A stretch of DNA of 64,000 bases from Candidatus Kaelpia imicola (GTDB lineage Bacteria > Omnitrophota > Gorgyraeia > Kaelpiales > Kaelpiaceae): positions 69,686-133,685 of the forward strand of contig JAVCCL010000043.1 in NCBI GenBank assembly GCA_030765505.1. The letters run 5' to 3'. How positions within the stretch are numbered: the first letter of the stretch is position 1; every line of letters begins with the position of its first letter. The translations under genes were made by a program, and so were the position numbers. Of this stretch, positions 8,367 to 19,116 are shown piece by piece. Below the pieces are notes generated by a model. The model saw only the letters and a list, made by a program, of their open reading frames with translations. It did not search any database and was not told where the DNA came from.

Positions 8367-9413
8367 ATGGTAAGAATCAATAAAGAAGAGAGAATGGATA
8401 AGATACTTACAGGTATAGTCAAAACCTACATAGAGACTGCCATGCCTGTTGCATCCAAAGCCCTTGTCTATAAATACAGGCTTAAGGTCTCATCTGCTAC
8501 TGTCAGGAATATCATGGTTGAATTGGAAGAGTTGGGATATCTCAAAAATCTCCATACCTCTTCAGGCAGAGTTCCTACAGATAAAGGATATAGATATTAT
8601 GTAAATATGGTAATGGATGAGGAGCAGCTCAACCCCTCTGAGAAGAAGAAGATCTTAATGCATATTATTAATACTCAATGGGATGAGGTTGAGAGATTAT
8701 TTACACATGCCCTTCAAGTGGTTACAAAGTATACAAACCAGGTCTCTGTTTTGTTATACCATCGTATTCGCAATGTCTATGTGGAAAAGATAGATTTGGT
8801 ATATATTAACGAGTTTAAAGTTCTGTTTATAATAATAGCTGATAACGGAGATGTATTGCACCTCTTCATAGAAAATGAAAATATCCCCTCCATAGATGAA
8901 CTCAGGGGCTTTCTTAAGTTTGTGAATAGAGAGCTGCAGGGTCAATCTCTTTTTGAGATAAAGAGTTATATAAAGAGAAAATTGATCTCCTTAGACGATT
9001 CTTTTTATCGTTTATTTTCTTCGTTATTCAATCTTTTGATTAAATCACTGGAGAATATGGATGAGAAAACATTTATGTACTTTGGAGCTAATAGGATAAT
9101 CCAATATCCGGAATTTAGAAATATAGAGGTTTTAGAGAAAGTTATGAAGTTATTTGAAGAAGAGTCGGAATTGACTAAAATTATGGAAGGTGATATTGAA
9201 GGTTCGGATATTAATATTCATATAGGTGGAGAGAGTACTTCTATGGATATAGAGAGTTGCTGTATCTTGACTTCAAAGTATAAAGTTAAAAATAGAGTTT
9301 TAGGAACAATAGGTATACTTGGTCCTACCAGGATTCCTTATGCCAGGTCTATTTCAGTTGTGAAATATGTATCTGATGTTTTAACACAGGCGCTGGAGAG
9401 TGCTATATTTTAA
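8367..9413 (+). CDS. hrcA: Heat-inducible transcriptional repressor HrcA
   Basis: About 348 aa, first gene of the hrcA-grpE-dnaK-dnaJ operon. N-terminal winged-helix region and a CIRCE operator upstream. Confidence 0.85.
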   Translation: MVRINKEERMDKILTGIVKTYIETAMPVASKALVYKYRLKVSSATVRNIMVELEELGYLKNLHTSSGRVPTDKGYRYYVNMVMDEEQLNPSEKKKILMHIINTQWDEVERLFTHALQVVTKYTNQVSVLLYHRIRNVYVEKIDLVYINEFKVLFIIIADNGDVLHLFIENENIPSIDELRGFLKFVNRELQGQSLFEIKSYIKRKLISLDDSFYRLFSSLFNLLIKSLENMDEKTFMYFGANRIIQYPEFRNIEVLEKVMKLFEEESELTKIMEGDIEGSDINIHIGGESTSMDIESCCILTSKYKVKNRVLGTIGILGPTRIPYARSISVVKYVSDVLTQALESAIF

Positions 9414-9427
9414 AGGGGCAAGTAGCT

Positions 9428-9979
9428 ATGAAGAAGAGAAAAGACAGAGAGCCTGAAGCTAAAGAACCTGGACTAGAGAAGGTCTCAGAAGACGCAGCTT
9501 TAGCTAAAGTAAAAGGAGAGCTAAGTGAGACTAAAGATAATTGGTTAAGAGCGGTTGCAGAACTGGATAATGCCAGAAAGAAGTGGGCAAAAGAGAGACA
9601 GGATCTATTCTCCTATGCTCAAGTGGATTTAATCAGAGGCATTATACCTGTCTTAGACCATTTTGAGCATGCTATGCAGTTATTACCAGATGTAAGAGAT
9701 GAGTTTGAACAGGGTGTTGAAATGATATATAAAGAGATTAGTGGTGCTCTCGAGAGATACGGTTTGGTAAGAATTGATAATCTTGAAGACAAAGATTTTG
9801 ATCCTTTTGAACAGGAAGCCGTATCTCATGAAGAGAGCGAGGAAGTAATTGAGAATGGAATAATAGAAGTATTAAGACCGGGCTATAAATTCAAAAATAT
9901 TTTGATAAGACCGGCTATGGTAAAAGTATCTAAGGGTAAAGTTGAACAGGAGAAAACAGGAGGTAAAGAAAATGGCTAA
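9428..9979 (+). CDS. grpE: Nucleotide exchange factor GrpE
   Basis: Protein size, position between hrcA and dnaK, and a coiled-coil N-terminus followed by a GrpE C-terminal domain. Confidence 0.9.
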   Translation: MKKRKDREPEAKEPGLEKVSEDAALAKVKGELSETKDNWLRAVAELDNARKKWAKERQDLFSYAQVDLIRGIIPVLDHFEHAMQLLPDVRDEFEQGVEMIYKEISGALERYGLVRIDNLEDKDFDPFEQEAVSHEESEEVIENGIIEVLRPGYKFKNILIRPAMVKVSKGKVEQEKTGGKENG

Positions 9980-11897
9980 AGCTATAGGAATTGATTTAGG
10001 TACAACAAATTCAGTAATTGCGGTTTATGATGCGGGAGAACCGCAGGTTATTACCAACAAAGAGGGTACGCGTACTACCCCCTCGGTTGTTGCGTTTACC
10101 AAGACTGGTGAGATTCTTGCCGGGGGGCCGGCAAAGAGACAGGCGGTAACGAATGCTGAAAACACAGTCTTCTCTATTAAAAGGTTTATGGGCAGAAGAT
10201 ACAACGAAGTGAATGAAGAGATGAAGATGGTTCCTTATAAAGTTATAGAGGAGTCTAATAATGATGCCAGGATAAAGATCAACGATAAGGTTTACTCTCC
10301 GCCTGAGATATCGGCTATAACTTTAAGAAAGTTAAAACAGGATGCGGAAGAGTATTTAGGGGAGAAGATTACCCAGGCTGTAATAACAGTACCTGCTCAT
10401 TTTAACGATTCTCAGCGTCAGGCTACAAAAGATGCCGGTTCTATTGCCGGCCTTGAGGTCTTAAGAATTATAAACGAGCCTACAGCTGCGGCTCTGGCGT
10501 ACGGATTAGACAAGAAGCAGGGTGGTAAGATTGTTATATATGATTTTGGCGGCGGTACTTTTGATATCTCTATTTTGGAGATTGGAGATGGAGTCTTTGA
10601 GGTCAAGTCTACCTCAGGCGATACGCATCTGGGAGGAGATAATATTGACCAGAAGATTATTGACTGGATTGCAGATGAGTTTAAAAGAGAGCAGGGGATA
10701 GACTTAAGAGAGGATAGGATGGCTCTTCAAAGACTTAAGGAGGCTGCAGAGAAGGCTAAATGCGAGTTATCTTTTAGTCTTCAGACAGAGATTAACCTTC
10801 CCTTTGTTACAGCTGACAGTTCTGGGCCTAAGCATCTTACTATGAATTTAACGAGAGCAAAATTAGAAGCTCTTTGTGAAGACCTTTTAAATAGAACTAT
10901 AGGTCCCTGCAAGCAGGCGCTCTCTGATGCAAAGCTGAGTCCGGAAGATATAGATGAGGTTATACTTGTAGGCGGTCAGACAAGGATGCCTAAAGTGCAG
11001 GAGATGGTTAAAGAGATATTCTCTAAAGAACCTCATAAGGGTATAAACCCTGATGAGGTTGTTGCTTTAGGGGCTGCTATTCAGGCAGGCGTTCTGGTGG
11101 GAGATGTAAAGGACATATTACTCTTGGATGTTACGCCTCTCTCTTTAGGGATTGAGACTTTAGGCGGAGTCATGACTACTCTTATTCCCAGAAACACTAC
11201 TATACCAACAAAGAAGAGTGAGACTTTTACAACAGCGGCAGATAGTCAGACAAATGTTGAGGTACATGTACTCCAAGGCGAGAGGTCTACGGCGCGTGAC
11301 AATAGAAGTTTAGGTAAGTTTATTTTGGAAGGTATTCCGGCAGCTCCGCGCGGTGTTCCGCAGATTGAGGTTTCATTTGATATTGATGCTAACGGTATTC
11401 TCCATGTTACAGCAAAGGATAAAGGGACAGGCAAAGAGCGGAAGATAAGGATTGAGTCCTCTTCGGGGTTAGAGAAGAATGAGGTTGAAGATTTGGTTAA
11501 AGATGCGGAAGCTCATGCTGAGGAAGATAAGAAAAAGAAAGAGTTGATAGAGATAAAAAATGAACTTGATGGTTTGATCTATTCAACAGAGAAATCGCTC
11601 AAGGAGTATGGAGATAAGATATCTGAAGAGGAGAGAAAGGTACTTCAGGAATCTTTAAACACGGCTAAACAGAAGGTTAGCTCTGAAAATGCAGCTGAGA
11701 TTAAGGAAGCAAAGGAGAGCCTGTTAAAATCATCTCATAAATTGGCTGAGGAGATTTATAAGAAGACAACTCAGGATGCAGCCCAGAGTCAGGCTTCTTC
11801 TGAAGACGTCTCAGAACCTAAGCCTGAAACTGGAGAGGATAAGCCTAAAGGCGATGGTGATGATGTTATAGATGCGGAGTATAAAGAAGAGCAATAA
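9972..11897 (+). CDS. dnaK: Molecular chaperone DnaK (Hsp70)
   Basis: [22 protein letters not shown] and [11 protein letters not shown] motifs. The likely true start is the ATG at 9972 after an aggagg RBS; the ORF-track start at 9942 is probably an N-terminal over-extension. Confidence 0.95.
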   Translation: MAKAIGIDLGTTNSVIAVYDAGEPQVITNKEGTRTTPSVVAFTKTGEILAGGPAKRQAVTNAENTVFSIKRFMGRRYNEVNEEMKMVPYKVIEESNNDARIKINDKVYSPPEISAITLRKLKQDAEEYLGEKITQAVITVPAHFNDSQRQATKDAGSIAGLEVLRIINEPTAAALAYGLDKKQGGKIVIYDFGGGTFDISILEIGDGVFEVKSTSGDTHLGGDNIDQKIIDWIADEFKREQGIDLREDRMALQRLKEAAEKAKCELSFSLQTEINLPFVTADSSGPKHLTMNLTRAKLEALCEDLLNRTIGPCKQALSDAKLSPEDIDEVILVGGQTRMPKVQEMVKEIFSKEPHKGINPDEVVALGAAIQAGVLVGDVKDILLLDVTPLSLGIETLGGVMTTLIPRNTTIPTKKSETFTTAADSQTNVEVHVLQGERSTARDNRSLGKFILEGIPAAPRGVPQIEVSFDIDANGILHVTAKDKGTGKERKIRIESSSGLEKNEVEDLVKDAEAHAEEDKKKKELIEIKNELDGLIYSTEKSLKEYGDKISEEERKVLQESLNTAKQKVSSENAAEIKEAKESLLKSSHKLAEEIYKKTTQDAAQSQASSEDVSEPKPETGEDKPKGDGDDVIDAEYKEEQ

Positions 11898-11988
11898 TGT
11901 AGTATGGTTAAGCAGGAATTATAACCGGAATAGATATAATTTCTGCTTTTAACCGCTCTGCTTATCTTCGAATAGATCTGTTATTAAT

Positions 11989-13128
11989 ATGAAAAGAGAT
12001 TATTACGAGATATTGGGTCTTACCAAGGGTGCTTCAAAGGATGAGATTAAAAAGACTTATAGGAAGCTCGCTATGGAACACCATCCTGATAGGGTATCTG
12101 CTGATAAAAAAGGAGAGGCTGAGAGGAGATTCAAGGAGATCTCAGAGGCATATGCCGTTCTCTCCGACGATGAGAAGAAAGCTCAGTACGATGCTTATGG
12201 TCATGCCGGAATAAACTCTCATTATACACAGGAGGATCTCTTTAGAAATGCAGATTTCTCCAGCATATTCTCAGACCTTGATTTTGGGGGTTCTATATTC
12301 GAGAATCTTTTTGGAGGTTTTGGTTTCTCTCAACAGAGCAATTATCCCGGAGGGGCTAAGAGGGGAAGAGATCTGGAGTTCAAGATGTCTTTAACTTTTC
12401 AGGAGGCTGTTAAAGGTGCGGAGAGAGAGCTTGGTTTCCCGTCCTATGCAAAATGTTCTAAATGTTCAGGAAGCGGTTCTGCTTCAGGTAATTTAGAAGA
12501 TTGTCGTTACTGCGGCGGGGCTGGACGGGTATCTCAACAGAGAGGTTTTTTTGCAGTTACCACTATATGCCCTTCTTGTAAGGGTGAGGGCAGGATCATA
12601 AAAGACCCTTGTCCTGATTGCCGCGGCATAGGAAAGATAAATGAGACAAAAAAACTGGAAGTAAAGATACCCCCTGGAGTTGATAATGGCAGTATTTTGC
12701 GCCTCTCAGGAAAGGGAGAGATTGGAGATAAGGGAGGCCCTCCTGGGGACCTCTATTTACATATCTCAGTTAAACCCCATGAAATATTTAAAAGAGAGGG
12801 CAGGGATATTGGAATAGAACTTCCTATTACTCCTTCAGAGGCTGCTTTGGGTGCAGAGATTAAGGTACCTACTATTGATGGTGTGGTTAAGATGAAGATT
12901 CCAGCCGGAACTCAGAGTGAGAGGATCTTTAGGCTTAGAGGTAAAGGGGTGGCAGATCCTAAAATCGGAGCTAGAGGAGATGAGCTTGTTAAAGTACTAA
13001 TAGATACCCCGACAGGATTAAACAGAAGTCAGAGAAAGCTTCTCGATAGTTTTAACAAAGAGATTCCCGGCGACCATTATCCTCAAAAGAAAAGGTTTCA
13101 TAAATTGGTAAGAAAACATTTTGGTTAA
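11989..13128 (+). CDS. dnaJ: Co-chaperone DnaJ
   Basis: J-domain with HPD (HHPDR), a G/F-rich region, and four CxxCxGxG zinc-finger repeats. Confidence 0.95.
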   Translation: MKRDYYEILGLTKGASKDEIKKTYRKLAMEHHPDRVSADKKGEAERRFKEISEAYAVLSDDEKKAQYDAYGHAGINSHYTQEDLFRNADFSSIFSDLDFGGSIFENLFGGFGFSQQSNYPGGAKRGRDLEFKMSLTFQEAVKGAERELGFPSYAKCSKCSGSGSASGNLEDCRYCGGAGRVSQQRGFFAVTTICPSCKGEGRIIKDPCPDCRGIGKINETKKLEVKIPPGVDNGSILRLSGKGEIGDKGGPPGDLYLHISVKPHEIFKREGRDIGIELPITPSEAALGAEIKVPTIDGVVKMKIPAGTQSERIFRLRGKGVADPKIGARGDELVKVLIDTPTGLNRSQRKLLDSFNKEIPGDHYPQKKRFHKLVRKHFG

Positions 13129-13252
13129 GTAGAGAAGTTTTTCGTTTATTTTTTATTCTATTTATGTTATATCAGATAGAATAATCTTAGTCTTTTCTTT
13201 TGCAGTGTTTATATTAACGTCTATTATTAAGAGATAGATATCTATTTAAGAG

Positions 13253-14476
13253 ATGGCAAAGATAAAACCTTTTAAGGGTCTTATATATAATAGCGATAAG
13301 GTAGAGCCTGCTAATGTTGTTACTCCTCCTTATGATGTGATAACTCCTCAGGGGCGAGATGATTATTACGAATCATCACCTTACAATGTTATTCGCCTGA
13401 TATTGAATAAATCATCTCAGACTTACAAGGAAGCCAAGTCAGTATTGAATAGATGGATAGAGGAGGAGGTTTTAATCTTTGACAGTAATGATTCAATCTA
13501 TCTCTATCGCCAGAAATATAATTATTGCGGGAATAGTTACTCCCGTTATGGATTTATCTCTTTACTCAAGTTAGAGTCTCCAGGATCTGACATTCTTCCC
13601 CACGAGAAAACTTATGAAGGTCCAAAAAAAGATAGGTTTAGTCTCCTGGAAGAGGTTGAGACGAATCTCTCACCTATATTTGCTACTTTTTCAGATAAAG
13701 ATAGAGAGTTGCTGAAAATATTTAAAAATATAGAGAGAGAAGATCCGCTATTTAATTTCGATTTTGAAGATGTGGATCACACTCTTTGGGGGGTATTCGA
13801 AAAAGAGCCTCTTGATAAGATAATCTCTCTGATGAGTTCAAAATCGATATTAATAGCAGATGGCCATCACAGATATGAGGTTGCTTTAAATTATAGGAAT
13901 ATGAAACGATTGAAATCTCAATCTTCAGGCGAAGAGAGCTATGATTACCTTATGAGCTATTTTGCCCCGATAGAGCAGGATGGCCTCATTATTTTACCTA
14001 CTCACAGGCTGGTAAAATTGGGTCTTTCAGAAGATGATTTTAAAGCTAAGTTGTCGGATTACTTTGAGATCGAAGATTTTATGGATTTAGAAAGCATACT
14101 TAAATCTTTAGCAGAATTACAGAGTCTTGGGTTCGGAGTCTCTACTCAATCCGGGTTTTCTCTGTTAAAAATAAGACCTGGTACTGAAGAGAGGTTTCAG
14201 AAAGAGAATAACCAGCTCTTTAAATTTGATGTAACTGTACTCCATAATTTTATTTTGGGTGAGGTCTTTGATTATAAAGGAAATATAATATACAAGAAAG
14301 ATGAAGAAGAAGCCGTAAGAGAGCTTAAGGAGAATAAAGCTGATACTATATTCTTTCTTAAATCTATTCCTGTAGAGCATATTATAGATGTAGCCGAGAA
14401 GAAGCTTCTGATGCCTCAGAAGTCAACCTACTTTTACCCTAAGATATTAACGGGTTTGCTCTTCCACAAGTTTTAA
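13253..14476 (+). CDS. Conserved hypothetical protein, DUF1015-like
   Basis: About 400 aa. N-terminus MAKIKPFKGLIYN...VVTPPYDV resembles the DUF1015 family N-terminus as recalled from memory; no function is assigned. Confidence 0.4.
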   Translation: MAKIKPFKGLIYNSDKVEPANVVTPPYDVITPQGRDDYYESSPYNVIRLILNKSSQTYKEAKSVLNRWIEEEVLIFDSNDSIYLYRQKYNYCGNSYSRYGFISLLKLESPGSDILPHEKTYEGPKKDRFSLLEEVETNLSPIFATFSDKDRELLKIFKNIEREDPLFNFDFEDVDHTLWGVFEKEPLDKIISLMSSKSILIADGHHRYEVALNYRNMKRLKSQSSGEESYDYLMSYFAPIEQDGLIILPTHRLVKLGLSEDDFKAKLSDYFEIEDFMDLESILKSLAELQSLGFGVSTQSGFSLLKIRPGTEERFQKENNQLFKFDVTVLHNFILGEVFDYKGNIIYKKDEEEAVRELKENKADTIFFLKSIPVEHIIDVAEKKLLMPQKSTYFYPKILTGLLFHKF

Positions 14477-14555
14477 ATTGATAAATATAGCCTACTGCTG
14501 TATAATCCAAAATTGCCTATAGATACTTTAAAAAACAAATTTTGGGGTTAAATCT

Positions 14556-15404
14556 ATGTCATTCTGGAGTAAGCCTAAATATACCTTGGTAAGAATAACC
14601 AGAAAGAAAGATATTCCGGCAGGGTTGTGGAGTAAGTGTCCTTCTTGCGGGGGGATTCTGTTTAAAAAAAAGATAGAAGAAAATTTAAAAGTTTGTACTC
14701 ATTGCGATTACCATTTTACGCTCAAAGCCGATGAGAGAATAAGCCTTATAGCAGACAAGAGAAGTTTTAAAGAGATAGATAGGGCTATCTTTTCAACCGA
14801 TATTTTAAATTTTCAGGGTCCCAAATCTTACGGGGAGAAATTAAAAAAAGAGAGAGAGAAGACTGGATTATACGATGCTGCTGTTACAGGCAGGGCTAAA
14901 ATTGATGGAATAGATATCATGTTAGGAGTTACCGATTCTCGTTTTATGATGGGCTCCATGGGTTGTGTCTTAGGAGAGAAGATTACTCGTCTTACTGAGG
15001 AGGCTCTGGATTCTAAAATTCCGGTTGTCATTATATCAGGTTCCGGCGGAGGAGCCAGAATGCAGGAAGGTATGTTCTCCCTGATGCAGATGGCTAAGAC
15101 TTCAGCAGCTCTATCGAGATTAAAAGAGTCGAATATTCCCTACATCTCTGTTTTGACTAACCCTACCATGGCTGGTGTTCTTGCCAGCTTTGCTACCCTG
15201 GGAGATATTTTGATTGCCGAGCCTAAAGCTTTGATAGGCTTTACAGGTCCAAGGGTCATTGAGCAGACTATCAGACAGAAGCTGCCTGCCGGTTTTCAGA
15301 CTTCAGAGTTTCTTCTTGAACATGGTTTAATAGATTCAATAGTTCACAGAAAAGATCTGAAATATACCTTGAGCACTATTCTGGATTATTTTATTCGTTC
15401 TTAG
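14556..15404 (+). CDS. accD: Acetyl-CoA carboxylase carboxyltransferase beta subunit
   Basis: N-terminal C4 zinc finger (CPSCGG...CTHCDYH) followed by a carboxyltransferase domain. Confidence 0.85.
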   Translation: MSFWSKPKYTLVRITRKKDIPAGLWSKCPSCGGILFKKKIEENLKVCTHCDYHFTLKADERISLIADKRSFKEIDRAIFSTDILNFQGPKSYGEKLKKEREKTGLYDAAVTGRAKIDGIDIMLGVTDSRFMMGSMGCVLGEKITRLTEEALDSKIPVVIISGSGGGARMQEGMFSLMQMAKTSAALSRLKESNIPYISVLTNPTMAGVLASFATLGDILIAEPKALIGFTGPRVIEQTIRQKLPAGFQTSEFLLEHGLIDSIVHRKDLKYTLSTILDYFIRS

Positions 15405-15966
15405 ATAGTACCCATCTTGCTATCGTTTCATACCGAGGCCCATCTGACGTAAGATTGCTTTTGATAAGAGAGATTCTGTCTACGTCTATCTGCTGAAACC
15501 TTTGTTCGGGAAAATTCAACAGTGTCGTTTCTAAGGTACTTATATCCTTGGATGGTCTTATTCGTCCGATAGTCATATGAGGGTGATACTCTCTGTTATC
15601 CGTTGTAATTTTGCAGTTCTTAAGCAGTAATTTTATTTTTTTGTTCAGTTCTATCAGTCTCTCTACTCCGTCTTTTATGCCTATCCAGAGTATTCTGGGA
15701 TTTTTTGCATTTGGAAAGCAGCCTATATCCTTAGGCAATATCTTAAAAATTCTGATATCCGAGATAGGATTTTGAAGTACTTTTTTCATCTCGTTAACTT
15801 TGGTTATCTCGATATTACCTATAAAGATTAGTGTTATGTGGATATTATTCGGTGCTACAAATCTAATCTCTGCTCCGGATTTTTTAAAGCTGTTCTGAAT
15901 CTTAGATATTCTATTTCGAGTTTCGTCGTCTATCTCAATGGCTATGAAAGTTCTTAAAGTCGGCAT
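15391..15966 (-). CDS. thpR: RNA 2',3'-cyclic phosphodiesterase (2H family, ThpR/LigT)
   Basis: Two H-x-T/S-x motifs: HITLIF and HMTIGR. Confidence 0.8.
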   Translation of the reverse strand: MPTLRTFIAIEIDDETRNRISKIQNSFKKSGAEIRFVAPNNIHITLIFIGNIEITKVNEMKKVLQNPISDIRIFKILPKDIGCFPNAKNPRILWIGIKDGVERLIELNKKIKLLLKNCKITTDNREYHPHMTIGRIRPSKDISTLETTLLNFPEQRFQQIDVDRISLIKSNLTSDGPRYETIARWVLSKNE

Positions 15967-16436
15967 AGCTGTTGGTATAACATTTTCAGGGCTTGAGTTA
16001 CAGCTTCTTTTTTAATTTTAGCCCTATTACCCTTCAATCTCAATTTTTTAACAATAGATTTACTCGATAGTGATATCGCTATATATATCTCTCCCTTAAG
16101 CTTATTCTCTATGGTTTGAGGCCCCAGTATTCCAGTTGTAGATATGCCTATCTCGCTATCCGTTAAGGACCTTATATTGTTTGCCATCTCTTTAGCGCAT
16201 TCCTTGCTTATAGTTCCATAGTTATTGATTGTATCTTTATCTATCTTTAGGTATTTCAACTTCGACTCTCTGTTGTAAGCAATGAACCCTGTTTTAAAAT
16301 AAGAAGAACTGCCGGCTATGTCGGTGAGACTGCTTGCTAGGAGGCCGCCTGTACATGATTCGGCAGATGATATGGTGAGGTTATGTTTTTTAAGCAGAGA
16401 AGATATTTTATAACTTATTCTGGCTGTATTGCTCAT
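15954..16436 (-). CDS. CinA C-terminal domain protein / nicotinamide-nucleotide amidohydrolase PncC-like
   Basis: ISSAESCTGGLLASSLTDIAGSS motif characteristic of the CinA C-terminal domain. Confidence 0.8.
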   Translation of the reverse strand: MSNTARISYKISSLLKKHNLTISSAESCTGGLLASSLTDIAGSSSYFKTGFIAYNRESKLKYLKIDKDTINNYGTISKECAKEMANNIRSLTDSEIGISTTGILGPQTIENKLKGEIYIAISLSSKSIVKKLRLKGNRAKIKKEAVTQALKMLYQQLCRL

Positions 16437-16505
16437 ACTCTTTTCATTGTAGCGTTTCTTTTAGCTGTTGAAAATAAGTTTTTTTTCATTTAGAATAGGC
16501 AAATC

Positions 16506-16988
16506 ATGAAGATAGAAGGCAGAGTTTGGAGATTTGGTAACGATATCGATACGGATTTAATAATTCCTGCGAGATATCTTGTTACAACGGACGCAGAAGA
16601 GCTGGGGTTACACTGCCTTGAGGGTCTTAAGAGAGGTTTTCCCTCTGAGGTCAAAAGCGGAGATATTATAGTGGGGGGCAAGAACTTTGGTTCCGGGTCA
16701 TCCCGCGAACACGCACCTCTGGCTATTAAAGGTTCAGGTGTGGCTGCTGTGATTGCCTCTTCTTTTGCCAGAATATTTTACAGGAACTCGATAAATATAG
16801 GGTTGCCTATAATAGAGATTGACTCTGTGAGCAGGTTTAAAGATAGAGATTTGATAGAGATAGATTTTTTAGGCGGCAGTATAGATAATTTAACTACAGG
16901 AGAGGAGCTCTCTTTTCAGAGCTATCCTCAGTTTTTACAGAGAATCATTCAAGCAGGAGGTTTGATGAGATGGGCAAAGAAGCTTTAA
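16506..16988 (+). CDS. leuD: 3-isopropylmalate dehydratase small subunit (LeuD type 2)
   Basis: MKIEGRVWRFGNDIDTDLIIPARYL and GSSREHAP motifs. Confidence 0.85.
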   Translation: MKIEGRVWRFGNDIDTDLIIPARYLVTTDAEELGLHCLEGLKRGFPSEVKSGDIIVGGKNFGSGSSREHAPLAIKGSGVAAVIASSFARIFYRNSINIGLPIIEIDSVSRFKDRDLIEIDFLGGSIDNLTTGEELSFQSYPQFLQRIIQAGGLMRWAKKL

Positions 16989-18058
16989 AATTATACAATA
17001 TTGCTGTTATAGCCGGCGATGGAACGGGGCCCGAGGTTATAAGAGAGGGGCTGAAGGTTCTGGAGGCGGCAGGTTCAAAGTATGATATCAAATTCAACTT
17101 TAATGAGTATGATTTTGGGGGAGATAGGTACTTAAAGACTAAAGAGATACTCCCGGACTCTGCAATTGAAGAGCTAAAAAGCTATGATGCAATCTATCTA
17201 GGTGCGATTGGTCATCCTGATGTTGCTCCTGGGATTCTTGAGAAAGGAATTCTACTCAAGGTTAGATTTGCGTTGGATCAATATATTAATTTAAGGCCTG
17301 TAAAACTATATCCCGGTGTCTGGACTCCGATTAAAGGTAAAGGTCCGGAGGAGATAGACTTTGTTGTTGTGCGGGAGAATACCGAAGGGCTCTATACCGG
17401 CTGCGGCGGTTTCCTGAGGAAAGGTACGGATAAAGAGGTAGCAATTCAAGAATCCGTAAATACTAGATTTGGTGTTGAGAGATGTCTTAGGTATGCGTTT
17501 GAATATACTATGAAGAGGAATAAGGGTAAAAAGCTTACCCTTTGCGGAAAGACTAATGTCTTAACTTATGCTTTTGATCTCTGGGAGAGGGCTTTTAATG
17601 AAGTGGCTAAAGAGTATTCCGAAATTGCTGCTGACTATGCTCATGTAGATGCAATCTGTATGTGGATGGTCAAGAATCCGGAGTGGTTTGATGTTATTGT
17701 GACCGACAATATGTTTGGAGATATTATTACGGATTTAGGAGCCATGATTCAGGGTGGTATGGGTATTGCGGCTGGAGGCAACATCAACCCGGAAGGGGTC
17801 TCTATGTTTGAGCCTATTGGCGGTTCTGCCCCTAAATATACTGGTCAAAACGTTATTAATCCTCTTGCTGCTATCTCTGCAGGGGCTATGATGCTGGATG
17901 TTATCGGAGAGGAAGATGCAGCTTTAAAGATTGAAGAAGCGGTTATGGATATTACAGCCAACAAATTAAAAAGCCTCTCGGCTGGTAAGATGGGTTATTC
18001 TACTGCTGAAGTAGGCGATATGGTAGTCGAGTGTTTCTTAAACGGTAAAATAAATTAA
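16970..18058 (+). CDS. leuB: 3-isopropylmalate dehydrogenase (isocitrate/isopropylmalate DH family)
   Basis: [12 protein letters not shown] signature. Adjacent to leuD. Confidence 0.8.
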   Translation: MGKEALKLYNIAVIAGDGTGPEVIREGLKVLEAAGSKYDIKFNFNEYDFGGDRYLKTKEILPDSAIEELKSYDAIYLGAIGHPDVAPGILEKGILLKVRFALDQYINLRPVKLYPGVWTPIKGKGPEEIDFVVVRENTEGLYTGCGGFLRKGTDKEVAIQESVNTRFGVERCLRYAFEYTMKRNKGKKLTLCGKTNVLTYAFDLWERAFNEVAKEYSEIAADYAHVDAICMWMVKNPEWFDVIVTDNMFGDIITDLGAMIQGGMGIAAGGNINPEGVSMFEPIGGSAPKYTGQNVINPLAAISAGAMMLDVIGEEDAALKIEEAVMDITANKLKSLSAGKMGYSTAEVGDMVVECFLNGKIN

Positions 18059-18071
18059 TAGAGATTCTATT

Positions 18072-19088
18072 ATGAAAGAATATAATGTGGCTGTGTGCGG
18101 AGCAACCGGCGTAGTCGGCAGTGAGATGCTTAAAGTGCTTAAAGAGAGGAGTTTTCCGATTAAGAAATTACTTCCTCTGGCCTCTGAGCGTTCTATAGGT
18201 AAAGAGATTGAGTTTAAAGGTGAAAAAGTAAGAGTTGAGCTTCTCAAACCCGATGCTTTTTCGGGTATAGATTATGCTCTGTTTTCAGCTGGTTCATCTG
18301 TAAGCTCTGAGATTGCGCCTGAAGCTGCTAAGAGGGGAGTGGTTGTTATAGATAATTCCTCGGCTTTTAGAATGGATGATAATGTTCCTCTTGTTGTACC
18401 TGAAGTAAATCCGGAAGATGCTTTTAAGCATAAAGGGATAATTGCCAATCCTAATTGTTCTACTATACAGATGGTTGTGGTCTTAAAGCCGATAGATGAT
18501 AATTTTAAGATCAAAAGAGTTGTTGTCTCTACCTATCAGTCTGTATCCGGATGGGGCAAGGGTGCAGTAGATCAGCTCTGGGAAGAGATAGCTAAGATTG
18601 CAGGGAGCGGTAAGCCCAAAGCAGATTTAGAAAATAGGGTCTTGCCTTCTCAGATTGCATTCAATCTCTTTCCTCATATAGATGCTTTTTCAGAGAATGG
18701 ATATACCAAAGAAGAGTTGAAGATGGTCAATGAGACAAATAAGATTATGCATGGGAATCTCTCTGTTACTGCAACATGTGTAAGAGTTCCTGTCTTAATA
18801 TCCCATAGTGAGGCGATAAATATTGAGCTGGAGAAAAACGCAGATCCTGATGCGATAAGAGAAATCTTAAGAAGTGCTCCAGGAGTAAAGGTTGTCGATG
18901 ATATATCCAGCGATAGTTACCCGATGCCTCTCTATGCGGCGGGTTCAGATGATATCTTTGTAGGCAGAATAAGGAGAGACCCTACAGTTGAGAATGGAAT
19001 CTGGCTTTGGGTCGTATCCGATAACCTCAAGAAAGGAGCTGCTTTAAATGCGGTTCAGATTACTGAGCTTCTTGCGCAAAAGAATTAA
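18072..19088 (+). CDS. asd: Aspartate-semialdehyde dehydrogenase
   Basis: CGATGVVGSEM N-terminus and the active-site Cys region IANPNCSTIQM. Confidence 0.9.
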   Translation: MKEYNVAVCGATGVVGSEMLKVLKERSFPIKKLLPLASERSIGKEIEFKGEKVRVELLKPDAFSGIDYALFSAGSSVSSEIAPEAAKRGVVVIDNSSAFRMDDNVPLVVPEVNPEDAFKHKGIIANPNCSTIQMVVVLKPIDDNFKIKRVVVSTYQSVSGWGKGAVDQLWEEIAKIAGSGKPKADLENRVLPSQIAFNLFPHIDAFSENGYTKEELKMVNETNKIMHGNLSVTATCVRVPVLISHSEAINIELEKNADPDAIREILRSAPGVKVVDDISSDSYPMPLYAAGSDDIFVGRIRRDPTVENGIWLWVVSDNLKKGAALNAVQITELLAQKN

Positions 19089-19116
19089 CAGTCATTGCAT
19101 AATCTGATCTTTTGGT